From Auanema rhodensis (Eukaryota; Animalia; Nematoda): a stretch of 64,000 nt of DNA. The stretch spans positions 19,282,001 to 19,346,000 of the forward strand of contig OZ059899.1 of assembly GCA_964057225.1 (NCBI GenBank). Direction: 5' to 3'. The notes below the pieces were generated by a model that saw only the letters and a program-made list of their open reading frames with translations, was not told where the DNA came from and did not search any database. A program made the position numbers and the translations under genes. Shown here one piece after another: positions 1 through 12,700 of the stretch. Numbering within the stretch: position 1 is the first letter of the stretch; each line of letters begins with the position of its first letter.

Positions 1-352
1 GTCCATATTAGTCTAAAAACAATTTTTTACTGATATTGGTGCATGGTAACCATGACTTTGAAATTTACGTGAACTTTAATTTATGCTAATTAAATGTACA
101 CGTGGTGTGCACTCGGTATGTAACTCGCTTCACGTGAAAGATAAAGAGATGCGGTTTTCAAAATTAGATTCCCCATGTCCATATTAGTCTAAAAACAAAT
201 GTTTATTGATATTGGTGCATGGTAACCATGACTTTGAAATTTACGTGAACTTTAATTTATGCTAATTAAATGTACACGTGGTGTGCACTCCGTATGTAAC
301 TCGCTTCACGTGAAAGATAAAGAGATGCGGTTTTCAAAATTAGATTCCCCAT

Positions 353-1408
353 GTCCATATTAGTCTAAAAACAAATTTTTATTGATATTGGTGTATGGTA
401 ACCATGACTTTGAAATTTACGTGAACTTTAATTTATGCTAATTAAATGTACACGTGGTGTGCACTCGGTATGTAACTCGCTTCACGTGAAAGATAAAGAG
501 ATGCGGTTTTCAAAATTAGATTCCCCATGTCCATATTAGTCTAAAAACAAATTTTTATTGATATTGGTGCATGGTAACCATGACTTTGAATTTTACGTGA
601 ACTTTAATTTATGCTAATTAAACGTACACGTGGTGTGCACTCGGTATGTAACTCGCTTCACGTGAAAGATAAAGAGATGCGGTTTTCAAAATTAGATTCC
701 CCATGTCCATATTAGTCTAAAAACAAATTTTTATTGATATTGGTGCATGGTAACCATGACTTTGAAATTTACGTGAACTTTAATTTATGCTACATAAATG
801 TACACGTGATGTGCACTTGGTATGTAACTCGCTTCACGTGAAAGATAAAGAGATGCGGTTTTCAAAATTAGATTCCCCATGTCCATATTAGTCTAAAAAC
901 AAATTTTTATTGATATTGGTGTATGGTAACCATGACTTTGAAATTTACGTGAACTTTAATTTATGCTAATTAAATGTACACGTGGTGTGCACTCGGTATG
1001 TAACTCGCTTCACGTGAAAGATAAAGAGATGCGGTTTTCAAAATTAGATTCCCCATGTCCATATTAGTCTAAAAACAAATTTTTATTGATATTGGTGCAT
1101 GGTAACCATGACTTTGAATTTTACGTGAACTTTAATTTATGCTAATTAAACGTACACGTGGTGTGCACTCGGTATGTAACTCGCTTCACGTGAAAAATAA
1201 AGAGATGCGGTTTTCAAAATTAGATTCCCCATGTCCATATTAGTCTAAAAACAAATTTTTATTGATATTGGTGCATGGTAACCATGACTTTGAAATTTAC
1301 GTGAACTTTAATTTATGCTACATAAATGTACACGTGATGTGCACTTGGTATGTAACTCGCTTCACGTGAAAGATAAAAAGATGCGGTTTTTAAAATTAGA
1401 TTCCCCAT
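353..1408. repeat. 3-monomer (528 bp) tandem duplication
   Basis: Markers pair 528 bp apart: GGTGTATGG at 394/922, TTGAATTTT at about 591/1119, GCTACATAAA at 793/1321. Confidence 0.9.
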
Positions 1409-4400
1409 GTCCATATTAGTCTAAAAACAAATTTTTATTGATATTGGTGCATGGTAACCATGACTTTGAAATTTACGTGAACTTTAATTTATGCTAATTA
1501 AACGTACACGTGATGTGCACTTGGTATGTAACTCGCTTCACGTGAAAGATGAAGAGATGCGGTTTTTAAAATTAGATTCCCCATGTCCATATTAGTCTAA
1601 AAACAAATTTTTATTGATATTGGTGCATGGTAACCATGATTTTGAAATTTACGTGAACTTTAATTTATGCTAATTGAATGTACACGTGGTGTGCACTCGG
1701 TATGTAACTCGCTTCACGTGAAAGATAAAGAGATGCAGTTATCAAAATTAGATTCCCCATGTCCATATTAGTCTAAAAACAAATTTTTATTGATATTGGT
1801 GCATGGTAACCATGACTTTGAAATTTACGTGAACTTTAATTTATGCTAATTAAACGTACACGTGTTGTGCACTCGGTATGTAACTCGCTTCACGTGGAAG
1901 ATAAAGAGATGCGGTTTTCAAAATTAGATTCCCCATGTCCATATTAGTCTAAAAACAATTTTTTACTGATATTGGTGCATGGTAACCATGATTTTGAAAT
2001 TTACGTGAACTTTAATTTATGCTAATTAAACGTACACGTGATGTGCACTTGGTATGTAACTCGCTTCACGTGAAAGATAAAGAGATGCGGTTTCTAAAAT
2101 TAGATTCCCCATGTCCATATTAGTCTAAAAACAATTTTTTACTGATATTGGTGCATGGTAACCATGATTTTGAAATTTACGTGAACTTTAATTTATGCTA
2201 ATTAAACGTACACGTGGTGTGCACTCGGTATGTAACTCGCTTCACGTGAAAGATAAAGAGATGCGGTTTTCAAAATTAGATTCCCCATGTCCATATTAGT
2301 CTAAAAACAAATTTTTATTGATATTGGTGCATGGTAACCATGACTTTGAAATTTACGTGAACTTTAATTTATGCTAATTAAACGTACACGTGTTGTGCAC
2401 TCGGTATGTAACTCCCTTCACGTGGAAGATAAAGAGATGCGGTTTTCAAAATTAGATTCCCCATGTCCATATTAGTCTAAAAACAATTTTTTACTGATAT
2501 TGGTGCATGGTAACCATGATTTTGAAATTTACGTGAACTTTAATTTATGCTAATTAAACGTACACGTGATGTGCACTTGGTATGTAACTCGCTTCACGTG
2601 AAAGATAAAGAGATGCGGTTTTTAAAATTAGATTCCCCATGTCCATATTAGTCTAAAAACAATTTTTTACTGATATTGGTGCATGGTAACCATGATTTTG
2701 AAATTTACGTGAACTTTAATTTATGCTAATTAAACGTACACGTGATGTGCACTTGGTATGTAACTCGCTTCACGTGAAAGATAAAGAGATGCGGTTTTCA
2801 AAATTAGATTTCCCATGTCCATATTAGTCTAAAAACAAATTTTTATTGATATTGGTGCATGGTAACCATGACTTTGAATTTTACGTGAACTTTAATTTAT
2901 GCTAATTAAACGTACACGTGGTGTGCACTCGGTATGTAACTCGCTTCACGTGTAAGATAAAGAGATGCGGTTTTCAAAATTAGATTCCCCATGTCCATAT
3001 TAGTCTAAAAACAAATTTTTATTGATATTGGTTCATGGTAACCATGACTTTGAAATTTACGTGAACTTTAATTTATGCTAATTAAACGTACACGTGGTGT
3101 GCACTCGGTATGTAACTCGCTTCACGTGTAAGATAAAGAGATGCGGTTTTCAAAATTAGATTCCCCATGTCCATATTAGTCTAAAAACAAATTTTTATTG
3201 ATATTGGTGCATGGTAACCATGACTTTGAAATTTACGTGAACTTTAATTTATGCTAATTAAACGTACACGTGTTGTGCACTTGGTATGTAACTCGCTTCA
3301 CGTGAAAGATAAAGAGATGCGGTTTTTAAAATTAGATTCCCCATGTCCATATTAGTCTAAAAACAATTTTTTACTGATATTGGTGCAAGGTAACCATGAC
3401 TTTGAAATTTACGTGAACTTTAATTTATGCTAATTAAACGTACACGTGGTGTGCACTCGGTATGTAACTCGCTTCACGTGAAAGATAAAGAGATGCGGTT
3501 TTCAAAATTAGATTCCCCATGTCCATATTAGTCTAAAAACAAATTTTTTTTGATATTGGTGCATGGTAACCATGATTTTGAAATTTACGTGAACTTTAAT
3601 TTATGCTAATTAAATGTACACGTGGTGTGCACTCGGTATGTAACTCGCTTCACGTGAAAGATAAAGAGATGCGGTTTTCAAAATTAGATTCCCCATTTCC
3701 ATATTAGTCTAAAAACAAATTTTTATTGATATTGGTGCATGGTAACCATGACTTTGAAATTTACGTGAACTTTAATTTATGCTAATTAAACGTACACGTG
3801 GTGTGCACTCGGTATGTAACTCGCTTCACGTGTAAGATAAAGAGATGCGGTTTTCAAAATTAGATTCCCCATGTCCATATTAGTCTAAAAACAAATTTTT
3901 ATTGATATTGGTGCATGGTAACCATGACTTTGAAATTTACGTGAACTTTAATTTATGCTAATTAAACGTACACGTGGTGTGCACTCGGTATGTAACTCGC
4001 TTCACGTGTAAGATAAGGAGATGCGGTTTTCAAAATTAGATTCCCCATGTCCATATTAGTCTAAAAACAAATTTTTATTGATATTGGTGCATGGTAACCA
4101 TGATTTTGAAATTTACGTGAACTTTAATTCATGCTAATTAAATGTACACGTGGTGTGCACTCGGTATGTAACTCGCTTCACGTGAAAGATGAAGAGATGC
4201 AGTTATCAAAATTAGATTCACCATGTCCATATTAGTCTAAAAACAATTTTTTACTGATATTGGTGCATGGTAACCATGATTTTGAAATTTACGTGAACTT
4301 TAATTTATGCTAATTAAACGTACACGTGATGTGCACTTGGTATGTAACTCGCTTCACGTGAAAGATAAAGAGATGCGGTTTTAAAAATTAGATTCCCCAT

Positions 4401-7400
4401 GTCCATATTAGTCTAAAAACAATTTTTTACTGATATTGGTGCATGGTAACCATGATTTTGAAATTTACGTGAACTTTAATTTATGCTAATTAAACGTACA
4501 CGTGGTGTGCACTCATTATGTAACTCGCTTCACGTGAAAGATAAAGAGATGCGGTTTTCAAAATTAGATTCCCCATGTCCATATTAGTCTAAAAACAATT
4601 TTTTATTGATATTGGTGCATGGTAACCATGACTTTGAAATTTACGTGAACTTTAATTTATGCTAATTAAACGTACACGTGGTGTGCACTCGGTATGTAAC
4701 TCGCTTCACGTGAAAGATAAAGAGATGCGGTTTTCAAAATTAGATTCCCCATGTCCATATTAGTCTAAAAACAAATTTTTTTTGATATTGGTGCATGGTA
4801 ACCATGATTTTGAAATTTACGTGAACTTTAATTTATGCTAATTAAATGTACACGTGGTGTGCACTCGGTATGTAACTCGCTTCACGTGAAAGATAAAGAG
4901 ATGCGGTTTTCATAATTAGATTCCCCATTTCCATATTAGTCTAAAAACAAATTTTTATTGATATTGGTGCATGGTAACCATGACTTTGAAATTTACGTGA
5001 ACTTTAATTTATGCTAATTAAACGTACACGTGGTGTGCACTCGGTATGTAACTCGCTTCACGTGTAAGATAAAGAGATGCGGTTTTCAAAATTAGATTCC
5101 CCATGTCCATATTAGTCTAAAAACAAATTTTTATTGATATTGGTGCATGGTAACCATGACTTTGAAATTTACGTGAACTTTAATTTATGCTAATTAAACG
5201 TACACGTGGTGTGCACTCGGTATGTAACTCGCTTCACGTGTAAGATAAAGATATGCGGTTTTCAAAATTAGATTCCCCATGTCCATATTAGTCTAAAAAC
5301 AAATTTTTATTGATATTGGTGCATGGTAACCTTGATTTTGAAATTTACGTGAACTTTAATTCATGTTAATTAAATGTACACGTGGTGTGCACTCGGTATG
5401 TAACTCGCTTCACGTGGAAGATAAAGAGATGCAGTTATCAAAATTAGATTCCCCATGTCCATATTAGTCTAAAAACAATTTTTTACTGATATTGGTGCAT
5501 GGTAACCATGATTTTGAAATTTACGTGAACTTTAATTTATGCTAATTAAACGTACACGTGATGTGCACTTGGTATGTAACTCGCTTCACGTGAAAGATAA
5601 AGAGATGCGGTTTTTAAAATTAAATTCCCCATGTCCATATTAGTCTAAAAACAATTTTTTACTGATATTGGTGCATGGTAACCATGATTTTGAAATTTAC
5701 GTGAACTTTAATTTATGCTAATTAAACGTACGGGTGGTGTGCACTCGGTATGTAACTCGCTTCACGTGAAAGATAAAGAGATGCGGTTTTCAAAATTAGA
5801 TTCCCCATGTCCATATTAGTCTAAAAACAAATTTTTTTTGATATTGGTGCATGGTAACCATGATTTTGAAAATTACGTGAACTTTAATTTATGCTAATTA
5901 AACGTACACGTGGTGTGCACTCGGTATGTAACTCGCTTCACGTGAAAGATAAAGAGATGCGGTTTTCAAAATTAGATTCCCCATTTCCATATTAGTCTAA
6001 AAACAAATTTTTATTGATATTGGTGCATGGTAACCATGACTTTGAAATTTACGTGAACTTTAATTTATGCTAATTAAACGTACACGTGGTGTGCACTCGG
6101 TATGTAACTCGCTTCACGTGTAAGATAAAGAGATGCGGTTTTCAAAATTAGATTCCCCATGTCCATTTTAGTCTAAAAACAAATTTTTATTGATATTGGT
6201 GCATGGTAACCATGACTTTGAAATTTACGTGAACTTTAATTTATGCTAATTAAACGTACACGTGATGTGCACTTGGTATGTAACTCGCTTCACGTGAAAG
6301 ATAAAGAGATGCGGTTTTTAAAATTAGATTCCCCATGTCCATATTAGTCTAAAAACAATTTTTTACTGATATTGGTGCATGGTAACCATGATTTTGAAAT
6401 TTACGTGAACTTTAATTCATGTTAATTAAATGTACACGTGGTGTGCACTCGGTATGTAACTCGCTTCACGTGGAAGATAAAGAGATGCAGTTATCAAAAT
6501 TAGATTCCCCATGTCCATATTAGTCTAAAAACAATTTTTTACTGATATTGGTGCATGGTAACCATGATTTTGAAATTTACGTGAACTTTAATTTATGCTA
6601 ATTAAACGTACACGTGATGTGCACTTGGTATGTAACTCGCTTCACGTGAAAGATAAAGAGATGCGGTTTTTAAAATTAGATTCCCCATGTCCATATTAGT
6701 CTAAAAACAATTTTTTACTGATATTGGTGCATGGTAACCATGATTTTGAAATTTACGTGAACTTTAATTTATGCTAATTAAACGTACACGTGGTGTGCAC
6801 TCGGTATGTAACTCGCTTCACGTGAAAGATAAAGAGATGCGGTTTTCAAAATTAGATTCCCCATGTCTATATTAGTCTAAAAACAAATTTTTTTTGATAT
6901 TGGTGCATGGTAACCATGATTTTGAAAATTACGTGAACTTTAATTTATGCTAATTAAACGTACACGTGGTGTGCACTCGGTATGTAACTCGCTTCACGTG
7001 AAAGATAAAGAGATGCGGTTTTCAAAATTAGATTCCCCATTTCCATATTAGTCTAAAAACAAATTTTTATTGATATTGGTGCATGGTAACCATGACTTTG
7101 AAATTTACGTGAACTTTAATTTATGCTAATTAAACGTACACGTGATGTGCACTTGGTATGTAACTCGCTTCACGTGAAAGATAAAGAGATGCGGTTTTTA
7201 AAATTAGATTCCCCATGTCCATATTAGTCTAAAAACAATTTTTTACTGATATTGGTGCATGGTAACCATGATTTTGAAATTTACGTGAACTTTAATTCAT
7301 GTTAATTAAATGTACACGTGGTGTGCACTCGGTATGTAACTCGCTTCACGTGGAAGATAAAGAGATGCAGTTATCAAAATTAGATTCCCCATGTCCATAT

Positions 7401-9750
7401 TAGTCTAAAAACAATTTTTTACTGATATTGGTGCATGGTAACCATGATTTTGAAATTTACGTGAACTTTAATTTATGCTAATTAAACGTACACGTGATGT
7501 GCACTTGGTATGTAACTCGCTTCACGTGAAAGATAAAGAGATGCGGTTTTTAAAATTAGATTCCCCATGTCCATATTAGTCTAAAAACAATTTTTTACTG
7601 ATATTGATGCATGGTAACCATGATTTTGAAATTTACGTGAACTTTAATTTATGCTAATTAAACGTACACGTGGTGTGCACTTGGTATGTAACTCGCTTCA
7701 CGTGAAAGATAAAGAGATGCGGTTTTCAAAATTAGATTCCCCATGTCCATATTAGTCTAAAAACAAATTTTTATTGATATTGGTGCATGGTAACCATGAC
7801 TTTGAAATTTACGTGAACTTTAATTTATGCTAATTAAACGTACACGTGGTGTGCACTCGGTATGTAACTCGCTTCACGTGAAAGATAAAGAGATGCGGTT
7901 TTCAAAATTAGATTCCCCATGTCTATATTAGTCTAAAAACAAATTTTTTTTGATATTGGTGCATGGTAACCATGATTTTGAAAATTACGTGAACTTTAAT
8001 TTATGCTAATTAAATGTACACGTGGTGTGCACTCGGTATGTAACTCGCTTCACGTGAAAGTAAAAGAGATGCGGTTTTCAAAATTAGATTCCCCATGTCC
8101 ACATTAGTCTAAAAACAAATTTTTATTGATATTGGTGCATGGTAACCATGACTTTGAATTTTACGTGAACTTTAATTTATGCTAATTAAACGTACACGTG
8201 GTGTGCACTCGGTATGTAACTCGCTTCACGTGAAAGAAAAAGAGATGCGGTTTTCAAAATTAGATTCCCCATGTCCATATTAGTCTAAAAACAAATTTTT
8301 ATTGATATTGGTGCATGGTAACCATGACTTTGAAATTTACGTGAACTTTAATTTATGCTACATAAATGTACACGTGATGTGCACTTGGTATGTAACTCGC
8401 TTCACGTGAAAGATAAAAAGATGCAGTTTTTAAAATTAGATTCCCCATGTCCATATTAGTCTAAAAACAATTTTTTACTGATATTGGTGCATGGTAACCA
8501 TGATTTTGAAATTTACGTGAACTTTAATTTATGCTAATTAAACGTACACGTGGTGTGCACTCATTATGTAACTCGCTTCACGTGAAAGATAAAGAGATGC
8601 GGTTTTCAAAATTAGATTCCCCATGTCCATATTAGTCTAAAAACAATTTTTTATTGATATTGGTGCATGGTAACCATGACTTTGAAATTTACGTGAACTT
8701 TAATTTATGCTAATTAAACGTACACGTGGTGTGCACTCGGTATGTAACTCGCTTCACGTGAAAGATAAAGAGATGCGGTTTTCAAAATTAGATTCCCCAT
8801 GTCCATATTAGTCTAAAAACAAATTTTTTTTGATATTGGTGCATGGTAACCATGATTTTGAAATTTACGTGAACTTTAATTTATGCTAATTAAATGTACA
8901 CGTGGTGTGCACTCGGTATGTAACTCGCTTCACGTGAAAGATAAAGAGATGCGGTTTTCATAATTAGATTCCCCATTTCCATATTAGTCTAAAAACAAAT
9001 TTTTATTGATATTGGTGCATGGTAACCATGACTTTGAAATTTACGTGAACTTTAATTTATGCTAATTAAACGTACACGTGGTGTGCACTCGGTATGTAAC
9101 TCGCTTCACGTGTAAGATAAAGAGATGCGGTTTTCAAAATTAGATTCCCCATGTCCATATTAGTCTAAAAACAAATTTTTATTGATATTGGTGCATGGTA
9201 ACCATGACTTTGAAATTTACGTGAACTTTAATTTATGCTAATTAAACGTACACGTGGTGTGCACTCGGTATGTAACTCGCTTCACGTGTAAGATAAAGAT
9301 ATGCGGTTTTCAAAATTAGATTCCCCATGTCCATATTAGTCTAAAAACAAATTTTTATTGATATTGGTGCATGGTAACCTTGATTTTGAAATTTACGTGA
9401 ACTTTAATTCATGTTAATTAAATGTACACGTGGTGTGCACTCGGTATGTAACTCGCTTCACGTGGAAGATAAAGAGATGCAGTTATCAAAATTAGATTCC
9501 CCATGTCCATATTAGTCTAAAAACAATTTTTTACTGATATTGGTGCATGGTAACCATGATTTTGAAATTTACGTGAACTTTAATTTATGCTAATTAAACG
9601 TACACGTGATGTGCACTTGGTATGTAACTCGCTTCACGTGAAAGATAAAGAGATGCGGTTTTTAAAATTAAATTCCCCATGTCCATATTAGTCTAAAAAC
9701 AATTTTTTACTGATATTGGTGCATGGTAACCATGATTTTGAAATTTACGT
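4401..9750. repeat. Block of about 7 monomers (about 4400-5700) repeated at a 23-monomer (4048 bp) offset
   Basis: CTCATTATG 4513/8561, TTCATAATT 4913/8961, AACCTTGAT 5331/9379, ATTAAATTCC about 5621/9669. A third copy lies at about 12670-13970. Confidence 0.88.
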
Positions 9751-12700
9751 GAACTTTAATTTATGCTAATTAAACGTACACGTGGTGTGCACTCGGTATG
9801 TAACTCGCTTCACGTGAAAGATAAAGAGATGCGGTTTTCAAAATTAGATTCCCCATGTCCATATTAGTCTAAAAACAAATTTTTATTGATATTGGTGCAT
9901 TGTAACCATGACTTTGAAATTTACGTGAACTTTAATTTATGCTAATTAAACGTACACGTGGTGTGCACTCGGTATGTAACTCGCTTCACGTGAAAGATAA
10001 AGAGATGCGGTTTTCAAAATTAGATTCCCCATGTCTATATTAGTCTAAAAACAAATTTTTTTTGATATTGGTGCATGGTAACCATGATTTTGAAAATTAC
10101 GTGAACTTTAATTTATGCTAATTAAACGTACACGTGGTGTGCACTCGGTATGTAACTCGCTTCACGTGAAAGATAAAGAGATGCGGTTTTCAAAATTAGA
10201 TTCCCCATTTCCATATTAGTCTAAAAACAAATTTTTATTGATATTGGTGCATGGTAACCATGACTTTGAAATTTACGTGAACTTTAATTTATGCTAATTA
10301 AACGTACACGTGGTGTGCACTCGGTATGTAACTCGCTTCACGTGTAAGATAAAGAGATGCGGTTTTCAAAATTAGATTCCCCATGTCCATTTTAGTCTAA
10401 AAACAAATTTTTATTGATATTGGTGCATGGTAACCATGACTTTGAAATTTACGTGAACTTTAATTTATGCTAATTAAACGTACACGTGATGTGCACTTGG
10501 TATGTAACTCGCTTCACGTGAAAGATAAAGAGATGCGGTTTTTAAAATTAGATTCCCCATGTCCATATTAGTCTAAAAACAATTTTTTACTGATATTGGT
10601 GCATGGTAACCATGATTTTGAAATTTACGTGAACTTTAATTCATGTTAATTAAATGTACACGTGGTGTGCACTCGGTATGTAACTCGCTTCACGTGGAAG
10701 ATAAAGAGATGCAGTTATCAAAATTAGATTCCCCATGTCCATATTAGTCTAAAAACAATTTTTTACTGATATTGGTGCATGGTAACCATGATTTTGAAAT
10801 TTACGTGAACTTTAATTTATGCTAATTAAACGTACACGTGATGTGCACTTGGTATGTAACTCGCTTCACGTGAAAGATAAAGAGATGCGGTTTTTAAAAT
10901 TAGATTCCCCATGTCCATATTAGTCTAAAAACAATTTTTTACTGATATTGGTGCATGGTAACCATGTTTTTGAAATTTACGTGAACTTTAATTTATGCTA
11001 ATTAAACGTACACGTGGTGTGCACTTGGTATGTAACTCGCTTCACGTGAAAGATAAAGAGATGCGGTTTTCAAAATCAGATTCCCCATGTCCATATTAGT
11101 CTAAAAACAAATTTTTATTGATATTGGTGCATGGTAACCATGACTTTGAAATTTACGTGAACTTTAATTTATGCTAATTAAACGTACACGTGGTGTGCAC
11201 TCGGTATGTAACTCGCTTCACGTGAAAGATAAAGAGATGCGGTTTTCAAAATTAGATTCCCCATGTCTATATTAGTCTAAAAACAAATTTTTTTTGATAT
11301 TGGTGCATGGTAACCATGATTTTGAAAATTACGTGAACTTTAATTTATGCTAATTAAACGTACACGTGGTGTGCACTCGGTATGTAACTCGCTTCACGTG
11401 AAAGATAAAGAGATGCGGTTTTCAAAATTAGATTCCCCATTTCCATATTAGTCTAAAAACAAATTTTTATTGATATTGGTGCATGGTAACCATGACTTTG
11501 AAATTTACGTGAACTTTAATTTATGCTAATTAAACGTACACGTGGTGTGCACTCGGTATGTAACTCGCTTCACGTGTAAGATAAAGAGATGCGGTTTTCA
11601 AAATTAGATTCCCCATGTCCATTTTAGTCTAAAAACAAATTTTTATTGATATTGGTGCATGGTAACCATGACTTTGAAATTTACGTGAACTTTAATTTAT
11701 GCTAATTAAACGTACACGTGGTGTGCACTCGGTATGTAACTCGCTTCACGTGTAAGATAAAGAGATGCGGTTTTCAAAATTAGATTCCCCATGTCCATTT
11801 TAGTCTAAAAACAAATTTTTATTGATATTGGTGCATGGTAACCATGACTTTGAAATTTACGTGAACTTTAATTTATGCTAATTAAACGTACACGTGGTGT
11901 GCACTCGGTATGTAACTCGCTTCACGTGGAAGATAAAGAGATGCAGTTATCAAAATTAGATTCCCCATGTCCATATTAGTCTAAAAACAATTTTTTACTG
12001 ATATTGGTGCATGGTAACCATGATTTTGAAATTTACGTGAACTTTAATTTATGCTAATTAAACGTACACGTGGTGTGCACTCGGTATGTAACTCGCTTCA
12101 CGTGAAAGATAAAGAGATGCGGTTTTCAAAATTAGATTCCCCATGTCTATATTAGTCTAAAAACAAATTTTTTTTGATATTGGTGCATGGTAACCATGAT
12201 TTTGAAAATTACGTGAACTTTAATTTATGCTAATTAAATGTACACGTGGTGTGCACTCGGTATGTAACTCGCTTCACGTGAAAGTAAAAGAGATGCGGTT
12301 TTCAAAATTAGATTCCCCATGTCCACATTAGTCTAAAAACAAATTTTTATTGATATTGGTGCATGGTAACCATGACTTTGAATTTTACGTGAACTTTAAT
12401 TTATGCTAATTAAACGTACACGTGGTGTGCACTCGGTATGTAACTCGCTTCACGTGAAAGAAAAAGAGATGCGGTTTTCAAAATTAGATTCCCCATGTCC
12501 ATATTAGTCTAAAAACAAATTTTTATTGATATTGGTGCATGGTAACCATGACTTTGAAATTTACGTGAACTTTAATTTATGCTACATAAATGTACACGTG
12601 ATGTGCACTTGGTATGTAACTCGCTTCACGTGAAAGATAAAAAGATGCAGTTTTTAAAATTAGATTCCCCATGTCCATATTAGTCTAAAAACAATTTTTT

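Noticed and set aside
1-176. Identity with known 176-bp satellites (Brassica CentBr, honey bee AluI repeat)
   Set aside because: Only the length matches. The consensus has no AAGCTT or AGCT site and does not resemble CentBr as I recall it. A BLAST search is needed to be certain.
1-176. Tandem 5S rRNA, tRNA, snRNA or spliced-leader RNA genes
   Set aside because: No recognisable conserved sequence, cloverleaf or Pol III A/B/C boxes.
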